A stretch of DNA of 64,000 bases from Lama guanicoe (Eukaryota), in assembly GCA_013239625.1 (NCBI GenBank), contig MU053629.1:3995567-4059566 (forward strand), in the 5' to 3' direction. A program made the translations under genes and the position numbers. This document shows, one piece after another, positions 50,701 to 63,054 of the stretch (positions are counted from its first letter, which is position 1; each line of letters begins with the position of its first letter). Below the pieces are notes generated by a model. That model did not search any database and was not told the DNA's origin. It saw only the letters and a list, made by a program, of their open reading frames with translations.

Positions 50701-51499
50701 TCCGGGACGCTGCTCGTGTGGCCGCAGCGTGTGGCTGGGTTTCCTCACAGGTGGGCTGATCTACCTGGACGGTCCTGGTTTTGGGGGGGGAACTGGGAAC
50801 TGGCAGCACCCCCTGCCCCCTGCCGCCCTGCTGAAGAGCTGTTTTCTGCTCTCTGCCGTGTTCTGGAAGCTTAGGGACTCAAAGCCAGGCCTTCAGCCTC
50901 CAGATTCAGCGCTTCCCCTAAGAAGCCAGAAAACCAAGCTCCCCAGTCTCCTGCTTGCTGGTGGCAGCGTTCCCCAGCCCAGACAGCAGAGCAGAAGGAA
51001 CCCCGTGTGTATCAAGTTGGCTCCACCCTCCTTAGAGCCGAGGAGACTGAGCGCTGGGCAGAAAAGGGCTGGCTGGGGCCCTGCAGGGATGCAGTCAGAT
51101 GGAGCTGGGACGGAGTCTCTCAGCTCCCAGACTGGGGCTCTCTCCCCCACCTCACAGCTGCCTCTGTGCCTCCCATGTCGCGGTCTGGGGTGGGGGTGGG
51201 GGGAAGAGCAGGTGCCTTCCCGGCCAGGTTCTCTCACCCTCCCCGGGAGCTCTCAGGCCTCACGTTACCTGGATTTTTCTTTTTTATTATCTACCTCTCT
51301 TTTTCTTATCCCGCATTCCTATCTGGACCCCTTTTATCAATTTCGCCATATTTTGCACTTTAAACAATTTATCATCATTTTTACTTTTGAATTGAAGCCA
51401 GTCTTTTATTTGCTCCAAGTGAATCCCTCTCATACATTTTTAGCTTTTTATATATATCAGGTTCTAATATTTTATTTTTTAATCCAGCTGATTATATTT

Positions 51500-51735
51500 T
51501 TAAAAATCCATTTGATTATATTTATATATTATTTTATATAATAATATTATAATATAATTATATAATAATATTATTATTATATTATAATATATTATTTATT
51601 AATAATATAACAATAATATATTATAATTATAACAATAATAATATATTATTATTATTCATAATTTTATATTTTTAAACAATAATAATAATAATAAATTATT
51701 ATTATTATTATTATTCATAATTTTATATTTTTAAA
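51500..51735. repeat. Extreme AT-rich low-complexity (AAT/ATT)n tract with an internal tandem duplication
   Basis: Almost purely A/T; the unit aacaataataat..ttattattattcataattttatatttttaaa occurs twice (51631-51735). Confidence 0.9.
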
Positions 51736-51739
51736 AACC

Positions 51740-52625
51740 TCTGTTGTGGTACGGTTCCTATACAGTAAACTACACATATTTCAGTTGTACAGTTTGATTA
51801 ACTTTGATAAATGTATACACCCATGAATCCACCACCACAATCAAAATAGCTAACATTTCCATCACTCCCCAGGAGATGCAAATTTCAAGCTCCCGATTTA
51901 TCCCTTCCCACCCCCTTTTCCCCCTGGCAACCATAAATTTGTTCTCTATGTCTGTGAGTCTGTTTTATAGATAAGTTCATTTGTGTTCTTGTTTTTAGAT
52001 ATCACATATAAGCGATACCATACGGCATTTTTCTTTCTCTTTCTGGCTTGCTTCACTTAGAATGACAATCCCCAGGCCCATCCATGTTGTTGCTAATGAT
52101 ATTATTTTATTCTTTTTTATGGCTGAGTAGTATTCCATTTTATAAATATACCACATCTTCTTTATCCAGTCATCTGTTGATAGGCATTTGGGTTGTTTCT
52201 ATGTCTTGACTGTTACAAATAGTGCTTCTGTGAACACTGGGTTGCAGGTGTCTTTTAAAATTATATTTTACCCCAGATATATGCCCAGCAGTGGGATTGT
52301 TGGATAATATGTTTATTTTTAGTTTTTTAAGGAGCCTCCATATTGTCCTCCATAGTGGCTGTACCAATTTACATTCCCACCATACCCTCTCCAACTTTTA
52401 TCGATTATAGACTTTTGAATGATGGCCATTCTGACTGGTGTGAGGTGATACCTCATTGTAGTTTTGATTTGCACTTCTCCGACAATCTGTGATGTTGAGC
52501 ATCTTTCCATGTGCTTGTTGGCCATCTGGATGTCTTCTGTGGAGAATTGCTTGTTTAGATCTCCTGCCCATTTTTTGATTGGGTTGCTTGTTTTTTTGAT
52601 ATTAAGCTGTATGAGCTTTTTGTAT
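51740..52625 (-). mobile_element. L1 3' fragments: old 3' end (51740-51870) plus younger ORF2 end/3'UTR (51880-52625)
   Basis: ORFs 52319-52525 ([11 protein letters not shown]...[13 protein letters not shown]) and 52170-52394 ([11 protein letters not shown]) are the L1 ORF2 C-terminus. Confidence 0.92.
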
Positions 52626-53284
52626 TACTCATGATTTTCAACTCTTGGAACAGTTGTCTTTAAAAAATGTTATCATCTTATTCCCATTCTTAATTTTGAC
52701 CTTTTATGATTCTCTATTCCTACCTCTATTATCTGTTTCTATTCTCTATTTCCCCTCCTCTTGCTCCCTTTTTGTAGCCCTCTTTACCTGGGGATGGGTG
52801 TTTACACCAGGAAGCAAGATGAGTGGGTGCAGGGGAGTCATGATGTAGAAAGGCCCCATCCACTTTGGGGGATGGTTGGACGCCTTGGCCCCCCACTGTC
52901 TTTGTGACTGTCCATCTGGCACGGCTGTTTAAGGAAGGGGCTTGGAATCCCTTATCCAGGGAGTCTCACGATCAACTCTCCCCAAGCCACAATAATCCAT
53001 GTGGTCACAGGACTGGTTCATTGAAATCAAGCTGCCGTTCATGTCAACTGAGCCTTAAGAAGAGCTGCATTTCTTCAGCCCTACAGTTTGCACCGTATCA
53101 AGTCCGTGCATCCAGAGCACCCACGCCCACAGTGTGAAGTTTGTTGATGGTGCCTCCTGACATGAATCAATCTTTCACTTCTTTCTCTCTTCCCGACTCC
53201 AGTCCAAGCTGCCATTGTGTTTCACCCTGACCGCTGCAGCAGCCCCCAGACTGCTCCATCCCAGTCTGGTCTGACTGTCATGGT

Positions 53285-55985
53285 AGAAACAACTGGAAAT
53301 GCTGAATAAAATGAAAAATGTTTTCTTAAAGCATTAACGAGCTCACAAGATAGTAGGACGCTCCAAGGCCAAGGGTGGGAACTCTGAGAGTCCTGAAGCC
53401 ACTTGTGCCCTGTGAGCATTTGCCCAACCAGCAAACTTGACCTTCAGTCTTAACATGATGGAGGGTATTTGGGGAGAGAAGAAAACCTATGGCTCAGCCA
53501 AGATGGGAAATCTAATAGGATATCCTCCCTCATAAAGATGGGACTCCAAAGGGAAACCCTCAGGGTAAATGTGAGCCAGAAGGAAGACTGCCTCACCCCT
53601 CACACCCTCAGGGACTGTTAGGAGAGTTGCCTTAGTTCTGAGCAGGGAAGGAGGGGAAAGAGCCATTCCTGAAAAGTGGATTTGCAGCCCAAGTCTACAT
53701 CAGCTGCACGGTCAGAACAACTGTAGCCATGAACTTAATTCAAAGGGTCTTGGACTGATAATGCCTTAATGGCACCTGGCAGAAGCAAACACAGATCTTT
53801 TCATCCCATACCTGAAAAAATTAGCAAAAGCAATTTCCCAAGAAAAATGAACAACTCAGACAAAAATATAACCAAGCACGCAAGGAAGCAAAGCTCTGGG
53901 AGTGAGAACCCGAGGAAACGGTAAGCAGAAACAGATCTACATGATTTCAGATATTGGAATTACCACGTACAAAATATAAAACAATGATGCTTGCTATTGG
54001 AAAGGAGTAAAAAGACAAAGATGATAATATCTGCAGAGAACAGGAAAATGTCAGGAGAAACAATAGATTCTAAAAAGAGGGAAATGTTGCATTTAGAAAT
54101 AAAAAACATAATTGACATAAATACTCAGTGGATGGGTATAATAGCAGATTAAATGCAGCTGAAGAGAGAATCAGTGAACTAGATGAATGCAGCAAAGAGA
54201 GAAAAGGAGATGGGGAATAGGAAAGAGGAATTGAGAGATAAGGGAGTTAAAATGAAAGATCTAATATTGTAGGAAATGAGTTCCAGATGGAGAAGAGTAA
54301 GAGAATGGGGCATAGGCAATAATTCAGGAAATAATGGCTGAGAATTTCCAGACCTGAAGAAAGATACTGATCCATAGGTTTTTAAACATTAATTAATTAA
54401 TTTTATTTTTGTTTAAATTTTGTTGGGAGGGAGGTAATTATGTTTGTTTATTTATTCATTTATTTATTTAATTAATTTTATTTTGTGGGGTGGGGAGGTA
54501 ATTTGGTTTATTATTTACTTATTTATTTTTAACAGAGGTATTGGGAATTGGACCCAGGACCTCATCACGCTACGCATGCCCTCTATCACTAAGCTGCACC
54601 TTCCCCTGCTCCATAGTTTTAATGAATGAAATGAATGAATGAATGAATGAATCCCATGAAAGTTAAGTAAGTGAAATTCACATGTAGACTCATTAGAGTG
54701 AAACTGAAGCACACCAAGATCCAAGACTTTGAAAGCTGCCAGAGAAGGGAACACACAGGTTGCAATCTATTCAAAAGAAGTATCTCGACTAGCAGCAGAC
54801 TTTCAATAGCAACTGTGGGAGCCAGCGAGAACAGACTAGTCTGTTGCATGTTGATTAAAAATAACCACTAACCTAGAATTCTGCAGTCAGTGGACGTTTC
54901 TTTATAAATAAAGTAACAGTGGGGCTTTTCAGATAATAAAGAAGAAAAAAACTTGCCATTAGCAGTGCCTCCCTGAAGACAAGCCCAAAGATTGCACTGA
55001 AGGGAGAAAGACTTAAAATATGAGAACAGAAACACAGATATCAGGGGTTAAATGGATTGAAAGTGTTCTAAGACCCTTGAATACACCAGGAGGAGGGTAA
55101 AGGTATTATTAACTAATGGCAGCTACTGATAAATTTTAAATACATGTTGTTATAATTTCCAGGCTAACTATTGAAAGAACAGAAATATATCTCTCAAACT
55201 AATTAATGGAGCAATTCTGAATGGTCAAAAATATTCCATTAATCCAGAAAAAGGCAAGAAAGGAAAGTAAAACAAACATAGAAAAAGTGGAGAAAATAGC
55301 ACAAAATAATGTGGTGGAAATAGATCTAAATATATCAGGAGTTATATTAAATATAGGTGGAGTAAATGTTCCAATTAAAAAACTGAAGACTATCAGACTA
55401 CACTTAAAAATACTTTAAAAACCCCAAAAAACAAAAAGTGCAAGGATACATCCAAATGGATGAAAAAAAAATCATATCATGCAAATATTTACTGAAAGAA
55501 AGATGGTATAGCTATATTTATATCAAACAGCATAGTCTTAAAGGCAAAAAGAATTATTAAAGATACAGAGGGCCTTTGTACAACCAAACAAATGAATAAA
55601 ATACAGCTACATGCACAAGCATGGAGGAAACTCACGTGTAATGATGGGTGAAAGACGCCAGACACCAATCATTAGAGTACAATCCCATTTACATGAAGCT
55701 CAGAAAACAGGAAAAACTGAACTATAGTGTTTAGTAGCTCACAATTGGTGGTAAAATGATAAAGGCAATACAATTAAAACATAGAAGTCAAAGTAGTGGT
55801 TCCATCTTGGGGGGAAAGCAGTTGCAATCAAAAAGGGGTACACAGGAGATCAGGGGTGCTGATGAAGAGCTAGGTCTAGTAATCTGGGTGGTGTTTGCTC
55901 AGGTGTTCATATGATAGTTATGCTTTACACTGTATATGTGTATTTAATATATGTTTGCATGATTTATTTCACAATTGAAAAAAAT
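53285..55985 (+). mobile_element. Ancient L1 (L1M/L1ME-type): 5'/ORF1/endonuclease remnants and a 3'UTR piece
   Basis: gcagctgaagagagaatcagtgaact, gaaataatggctgagaatttcca (ORF1-like); atcatgcaaatatttactgaaagaaagatggtatagctatatt (endonuclease-like). Confidence 0.75.
54378..54609 (-). mobile_element. tRNA-derived SINE with duplicated tail
   Basis: Head at 54535-54606; two gggaggtaatt..gttt tail units; TSD tccatag at 54371-54377 and 54610-54616. Confidence 0.85.
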
Positions 55986-56009
55986 ACTCTGAGTTCTAGA
56001 CCATGATCC

Positions 56010-56518
56010 ATCACGGTGTCTATAAATTCTTTAATATTCCTCCCTTCAAGAGATGAAAACAAATTCTCCTCCCTTTGAATGTGAACTGGACTTACTGACT
56101 GGTTTCTTACAAATAGAATAAAGTGGAAGTGAAGATGTGTGACTTCAGAGACCAGGCTGTTAAAGACATTGTAAAATCCTCATTATTTTCTCTTGGATCC
56201 CTTGTTCTGGGGAAGCCATGTTGTGAGGACACTCAGTCAGCCTATAGAAAGGCTCCTGTGACGAGAAACTTGGGCCTTCAGCCAACAGCTAAGTCAGTGA
56301 GCTTGTTTAGAAGCAGATCCTCCAGCCCTAGTCAAGAAGTTAGATACTACATCTCTGGCCAACGTCTCGACTGCAGCCACACTGGGGACCCTGAGCCAGA
56401 ACCAACCAGCTGAGCTGTTGCCAAATTCATGTCATGCAGAAACTGTGAGTCAATAAATGTTGTTTTAAGCTATTGAGTTTGGGGATAATTTGTTACACAG
56501 CAAGAGATAACTAATATA
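56010..56518 (+). mobile_element. MLT1F-type MaLR LTR
   Basis: ctcccttcaagagatg...ccctttgaatgtgaactggacttactgact...ttttaagctattgagtttggggataatttgttacacagcaagagataactaata. Confidence 0.85.
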
Positions 56519-57299
56519 TATCACTAATCTGCCGTGTAGCCAAGTTGCATTTCCTCTCTGGGCTTCCATTTTCTCACCAGCGTGGTGGAGAAATTGGACT
56601 AGATTATGAATGGCAAATATATTTCATCCTGCCATAGAAATGCCAAACAGTTGCTGCACCATGAGAGGACTCTGAGACTGCACCTACATCAGGGTGACAA
56701 AGTGCATCAATTGACAGGAGGGGAGCAGGAGAGTAGCAGCTTATTTATGATGTGTGGTCTGCCCCAAACTGAGATGATCACAGAGGGGAAGTCCTCTGAG
56801 CTGTTCTCCTCTACTAGATATAACTCTGTTGGAAGTCCCAAATCCTTAACACAAAATGACAAAAGCAGTCGATTTCCCTCTAACACAGGGGCCGTGTCCT
56901 CCCAAGTCCCCATGTCTGAAATCACTTGACTCAGAAACATTGGCCAGGGCTCTGGAAATGAACCTGGGTTCAAGTCTTGTCTGTCTCTTAACAGCTATGT
57001 GACCCTCAGCAACTTGCTGCATCTCTCTAAGCCTCAGCGTCCTCACCTATAAGGTGTAGATTTCTCTAAGGATTAAATGAAACTCATGGCCACGAGTCAA
57101 TCTGTTCATCAGGAGTCACTGGCCCAAACACCATGAGCCCATCCTTGAGCTAGTGGTGTTCTGAGGGATATAGAGACGTAGCCCAGAGTCCCTGCTTTCA
57201 AAGAACCTGCTGTCTATTTGAGGAGGCACGTCTTGGCCACAGTACCTTTCAAGCCAGTACAAGCACAGAGCCTAACGGTCTGGAATGACCGCGTGTGCT

Positions 57300-57496
57300 C
57301 GAGTAGTTCTCAAAGTGTGGTCCCCCAGACCATCCGCACCAGTATCACCTGGGAACTTGTTCGAAATGCATATTCTCAGACCCCACTCAGACCTTTGGAA
57401 TCAAACACTCCCTAGGGGTGGGGCCCAGCGGTCTGTGCTGTAATAAGCCCCCTCTGTGATTCTGATGCACGCTTTTTAAGAGTTTGAGAACCACTG
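57300..57496 (+). mobile_element. MER5A hAT-Charlie MITE
   Basis: TIRs agtagttctcaaa / tttgagaaccact; body atcacctgggaacttgttcgaaatgcatattctc. Confidence 0.9.
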
Positions 57497-57809
57497 CTCC
57501 AGGCGTTCAGGAAACAGAGGGACCAGGAGAGGACTAATGGAGGATGTGGAATTTGAATCTTTAAGAATGACTAGAAATGGATAGAAGAAAAGGTGACAGT
57601 GGTTGCAGTGGACCCACTGGCCACAGTCCTTCCCTGGGTCTCCCTGGGCTCCTGACTCAGAGCGATGCCTCCATCCATCAGCATCCCCTAAAGCAGAGGA
57701 GACCCTGCTACCAGGAGGCAGTGAGGAGGCTGTAAGGGAGGAGGGGGGCCGGCGGCAGCAGCTACACGGCTCCCTCCTGCAGAGGACCTCCCGAGCCCCA
57801 GCCTCACGT

Positions 57810-58620
57810 GGGCCTTCGCAGGTACTGAATTATGAATGGAAGTTGCCCAGAAATAATCACCAACATTATTGCCGCCCCCCCCCCCCCCCGCCCCACGCGT
57901 GTGTCCTCCGCGAGCCTGCGGCAATAGACTTTGTTGCTTCAACTCTCCAGGGTTGTTATAAATTAGAGCTCTCACATGAACAGTGGGGCAGGGAACCTGG
58001 GGAGAGGGAATCCCATCTGAAAGGCCTAAAAGGGACAGACTCCTTAACTGTGCGCGTTGGTTACCCACAACTTTTCCTTCCGCGTGATCTATCCCACCCG
58101 TCCCTATTAAATAACTAATTATTTAACATCTTTTAAAGCTCTGTTATATATTAGAACAGGCAGGACACAAATGAGTGCTTTTAATAATATAAAAGCCCAT
58201 TGGCTTCATTTACTGTTAATGTTAAAATAAACATGAGGCAATTTAGATATACTATTCCAATTTCACGGAAACTTTGATGTTTTTCTTCTCTAGTCACATA
58301 ATTAAGGGAAAAACTACTAATGATATTAAGTTTGTACAGTGTTAATGACAGAAACCGGCACAAGCTGAAATTGCAGCCATTAATATGAAACAATAAAATA
58401 TTTAACAGGGGAGATAGATGAGCGCGATTTTAATAAACCCAAATGAAGAAAATTAATTTTAGAAAGTTCCACAGTCTTTCACGGGCTCCCGTTACACAAG
58501 CTGTCTAATGTATTATTTTTGTGGTCTGGATTATTTATCGATGGTCCGGAGGAATGCCCTGGTTTTTGCGTATGGTTTTGTGGATGATGAAGATTTTTGC
58601 CTTGATTTGTTTAATTCTTT
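57810..58620. promoter_or_regulatory. Putative conserved enhancer (homeodomain-dense)
   Basis: About 800 bp of unique AT-rich sequence with many TAAT/ATTA sites, ATCGAT 58537, GGAATG 58551 and AAATAAACA; CpGs retained. Confidence 0.6.
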
Positions 58621-58889
58621 CCCTTTTCCCTTTGCTCTACCACCGTCCCCCAGATGGAAAAGGCTTTATTTATAGTGTGCTTTGACAGACGGACCTTACC
58701 AACAATCTGTAGGTGAGTTACAGGGGCGGGACCATGTAACCCACTAGAGGGTCTTGCAGTGACTGCTGACCACCAGGTGGTTGCAGGGCTGAAACGTGAC
58801 AGTTGGCTCCAGAAGGAGCCCTTATGTCTGGGTGGGGCAACCACTGCTCTGTCTTCAGTTTTCCTCTCGGGATCTGGGTCTTAACCACT

Positions 58890-59268
58890 TGTAGTGGGTT
58901 GAATAGCGTCCTTCCCAAATTCATATCCACCTGGGACCTCAGAATGTGACCTCTTCAGAAATAGGATCTTTGTAGACGTGTAAATCCAGTGAGAGACAGA
59001 ACAGACACACAGAGACACAGAGGATGTGGCCAGGAGAAGACAGAGGCAGAGATCGGAGTGATGCGGCCACAAGCTGAGGAATGCCTGGGGCCACCAGGGC
59101 TGGAAGAGACAAGGAAGGAACCTCCCCTGGAGCCTGCAGAGGGAGCCTGGCCCTGCTGACACCGTGGTTTCAGACTTCTGGACAACACAACTGTGAGAAA
59201 ATAGAGATCTGTTGTTTTAAGCTACTAAGTTTGTGGTTATTTGTTACAACACCCTAGGAAACCAGTAC
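58890..59268 (+). mobile_element. MLT1B/C-type MaLR LTR
   Basis: tgtagtgggttgaatagcgtcc...ccctgctgacaccgtggtttcagacttctgg...ccctaggaaaccagtaca with TG...CA termini. Confidence 0.88.
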
Positions 59269-60117
59269 ATTGCTGAAACACCATGGAAATGAGCACCCCT
59301 GACCCGTCTCAGGGAGGGTCCCGGGAAGGGGAGCGGGACAGGCTGCTGGGAGGGGAGCAGAATGCAGAGCAGGACCCGATGCGGCTGCAAGGAAAGGAAG
59401 TCTAAGCTGACAGCAGACGTGGCATCTGCAGCACATGGAGCACGTGCGACAGTGAAAGACAAGAAGGTGTCAAGATGGATCGACTCAGAGACACGGTGGG
59501 GTGGGGGGCAAGTATTAGGCAGGTCACTGAGCCAATGACAGGAGCCCAGGGAGGTAAAGCATGGAGCCTGGCCACACCTGTGAGGCAAAGGGTGGAACTG
59601 GGTTCTCTGGGAGCCAGTCCTGGAGCCCATTTGTCAAAACAGCAGCCAGTGAGCTGAGGATTGGTAACATTAACAACAGAGGGCTTACTGTATGGGATGG
59701 GGGGCAGGAGTCAGCACTCCACACAGACCTCCCTCCAACTTAGTCTGTGCGGGGCTCCGAGCCCACAGCCGTTCTTACTGCCCTCACTGCGTAGATGAGG
59801 AAATGGGGGCTGGCAGAGGTGAAAACGGGCCTGAGATGGCACATTGACAGCCCGAGTCCGAGTCCGGGCCCCTCAGCATCACACTGGCTACAAGCATGGT
59901 CCCGCACTGTGCCCTGGGGGGGAACAGGGCTGACGAGACCGGGCCGTGGCTGTACGGATGCTGGGTCGGTGACAGGAGGTTCCACCGGGACCACCAGGAG
60001 CCGCTAGCGCATGGGGACATTATTGTCTCTCATGAAGGAGATCTGAGGTAGGGCAGCTCCCCGATTTTCCAGCTCAGTGTCCTAGCGCTGTCTTGCGGGG
60101 TTCGGGTGCTCTGCATC

Positions 60118-60640
60118 TGTACCAGTCATTAGGCTGTCGTCGCAGCTCCCAGACCCCGTCCCCACACTCCGCTGCGGGACTCAGGGGCTGGACCGCCACA
60201 CGCCCCGATTCTGCTTTGCCAGCTGCTCGCTGTCGGACTCGGTCAACAGGGGGCGCCGGAGGGAGCCCGCGAGGCTGGAGGAAGGGCTTCCTGCGCCTGC
60301 GGGCATCACTCCAGCCAGGCGTCTTCACCCTGGCGGAGGCCGTTCCTCCGGGTAGCAAGGCCGAATGAATTTGCTGTTTTTCCAGCTCTCACAGATGCGG
60401 CCCACTGCACCCCCTTCTCCGAGCCTGGGTCCAGGCCCCCGTGGGCTCGTCCTCCGAGCTCAGGGACACCAGCACCAGCCACCCAGCAGCCCCTTCCCAG
60501 AGGTGGGCGTTTCAGCTCCACGCAGCCCTCCTCTAAGTAAGGAAGTATTAATGTTTCCAACCCCTTCCCTTTGTTCCCCCAGCCCTGAATGTAGTATCTT
60601 GCTACCTCTGTTTTTACCTTCTCTGTTACCTAGTTAACAT
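60118..60640 (-). mobile_element. LTR33-like ERVL LTR, GC/CpG-shifted
   Basis: tgtaccagt...ttctgctttgccagctg...caacagggggcgccggagggagcccgcgaggctggaggaagg matches the recalled LTR33 layout; orientation uncertain. Confidence 0.6.
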
Positions 60641-61814
60641 TCCTAGCACCTTGCAGACCATTATTCACCGTAAGTTCTCCCTAGCGTAACTGGCATGGTT
60701 CCTGATTCCTGCCGGGACCCCGCCTGATAGCGCCGCCTTCTGCCCTCCCATCCCCCGTGTGTAGGGATGTCACCCCCCAGGGTGACACGGCAGCTGCAGC
60801 AATTCTGCTTCACAAATATTGACGAGTAGGTTCAGAGGCAGAAAAGAACCCCTTTCCTCTTGTCCCTGCCCCACATCTTTTTAAGCACACAGAAACAGGC
60901 AAGTTCCCCCAGCAAATTTCCCTTCACGTTTCGTTGGCCAGAATGAGGTCACGGGCCCTCCTCAGCCAATGCCTGGGGGAGGGGAATGGGATACGGTGAC
61001 TGGTGTAAACCGATCAGGATTCACCTCCCTGGCAGCTGTGGTCACTGCCATGGTCAGGCAGAAGGGGACCAGCTGAACAAAAGTTGGGTTCTAATCACGG
61101 AGGGAAAAGGGGGAGGGGTTCCAGTCAGCGCTGACTGCTCCACCCTCCAACCATCCAGTGGGAGACGCCGACAATTACAGATCAGGTGCTGAGAGGCTGA
61201 GCAGGGCTGCCTGGGAGCACAGAGAGGCACACACGAGTTCAGGGGAGGCCTCAGAGGGCGGGTGGGGTGTGAACTGAGGCGTGAGTGGTGAGGTGGACTT
61301 TACCAGGGAGCAGGTAAGGCGGGACTTTTTGGATACAAGTTGGTCCTTGCGAAGGCACAGGGAGGTAGGGAGAATATGGCACAGCTGGGAACAAAGTTGT
61401 CCGTTGTGATTTGAGTACAGGGGACATGAGGCACCTGGCCTTCCAAGCCGGCAGGAAAGGAGCACAGAAGGCCTGCCAGGGTACGTGGAGGCCTGAGTGT
61501 ATGTTGGGGGGCTGGGGGTGATGCTTGTGGCTGCAGTGCCTACTTCAGGCCAGGAAAGAGTGGAGTCAGGGCTGCAGATCTGGAAGACTGACCCATGGGA
61601 GATGCGTGCTGTGGGGGCAGAGGACTGGAGGGACCCCACCGCTCCCATCTCTGAACCTGGGGTGGGGGGTTGGGGAGCTCTGACCCAGAGATGCCCCTCC
61701 CTTCCTCCTCCCCTCTTCTCCACACAGGCATTGCCATTGTTGGCATCACTGAACAGAAACCCAAAAAGTGCAAAATACAGGCCCTTCCCAAAAGGAATTC
61801 AAGGCTTAGGTTAA

Positions 61815-62545
61815 TTTTTTCTCCACTTTTTTTCCTGTCAAATAGACGTAACATAAAATGGACCACTTCACCACTTTTAAGGGTGCAGTTCAGTGGCGTA
61901 TCGTCTTGTTGTTCTGCAGCCATCACCACTATCCAACTCCAGCCCTCTTTTCATCTTCCCAGATGGAAAACTCTATACCCATCAGCTAATAACTCCCATG
62001 CCCCTCTCCTCCCAGCCCCTGGTAGCCTACCTTATACCGTTGTCTCTGCGTACCTCATATAAATGGAATCGTATATTTGTCCTTTTGTGTCTGTCTTGTT
62101 TCACTTATATCTTCAAGTTTTATTTGTGTCTTAGCATATATCAGAGTTGCATTCCTTTTTAAGGCCAAACAATATTCCATTGGATGTACATACCACATTT
62201 TATTTATCCGTTCATCTATTAATGGATATTTGGGTTATTGCCACCTTTTTGGCGAATGTGAATAATGCTACAGTGAACGTGGGTGTTCAAATATTTGCTT
62301 AAGTCCCTGCTTGCACTTCTTTTGTATGTCTATCCAGAGATAGAATTTCTAGATCGAATGACAGTTCTTTGTGTAATTTTTTTGTAGAGCTGCCATATGC
62401 TTTTCCACAGTGGCTGTACTGTTTTGCATTCCCAACAGCAGTGCACAACGGTTCCAGTCTCTCCAGCCTCCCTCACCAACATTTGTTTCCTGGTTTTTTG
62501 TTTTCATATCATTTTTGACAAGTAGCCATCCAAATGGATGTGAAG
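61815..62545 (-). mobile_element. L1MB-type 3' end
   Basis: catcaccactatccaactccag...ttttccacagtggctgtactgttttgcattcccaacagcagtgcac...gtagccatccaaatggatgtgaagtggta. Confidence 0.88.
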
Positions 62546-63054
62546 TGGTACAACTTGGCTTTTCAGCCAAGGGAAACTCATGTGACGATTAACCATTAAT
62601 ACATTGAATAATGTTCCCACCTGACTCACCCAGCTTGCACCCTATTTCTGGCGCCTCGCCATCCGTGGCCCCTTCCCCACCCCGTCTCTTTCTCCCTCTT
62701 CTCCAGTTGTGTCCCTGTGCCCAGCCCAGAGTATGCACACACCAGGACGGAAGAGACGATGGATGGGAGGAAGGATGGTGGTTAGCCCCTTCTTAGCAGA
62801 CAAGGAAACTGAAAGGGGATCTAGATCGCATCTCACAGACTCGCCGCCCTGGCTGGGTTTTTGTGATACTCCTGAGTTCTGAGCCTCACCCCTGGCCCTG
62901 AAAGAGGAGACCACCCCCTTCTGAGGTCTGCTACACAGATTCTTCCCAGTGACTGCCCCCAGACCATCCCAGTTTCCTCATCTGAGCACTCCCTCCTTGG
63001 GCCATGCCAACCTCTATGGCTTCTCAATGAAACTCCCCATGGAGGGGGGGGGCG

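Noticed and set aside
50525..51541. Longest ORF (338 aa)
   Set aside because: Non-ATG start, no recognisable domain, and composition drifts from GC-rich into AT low-complexity sequence; a chance ORF
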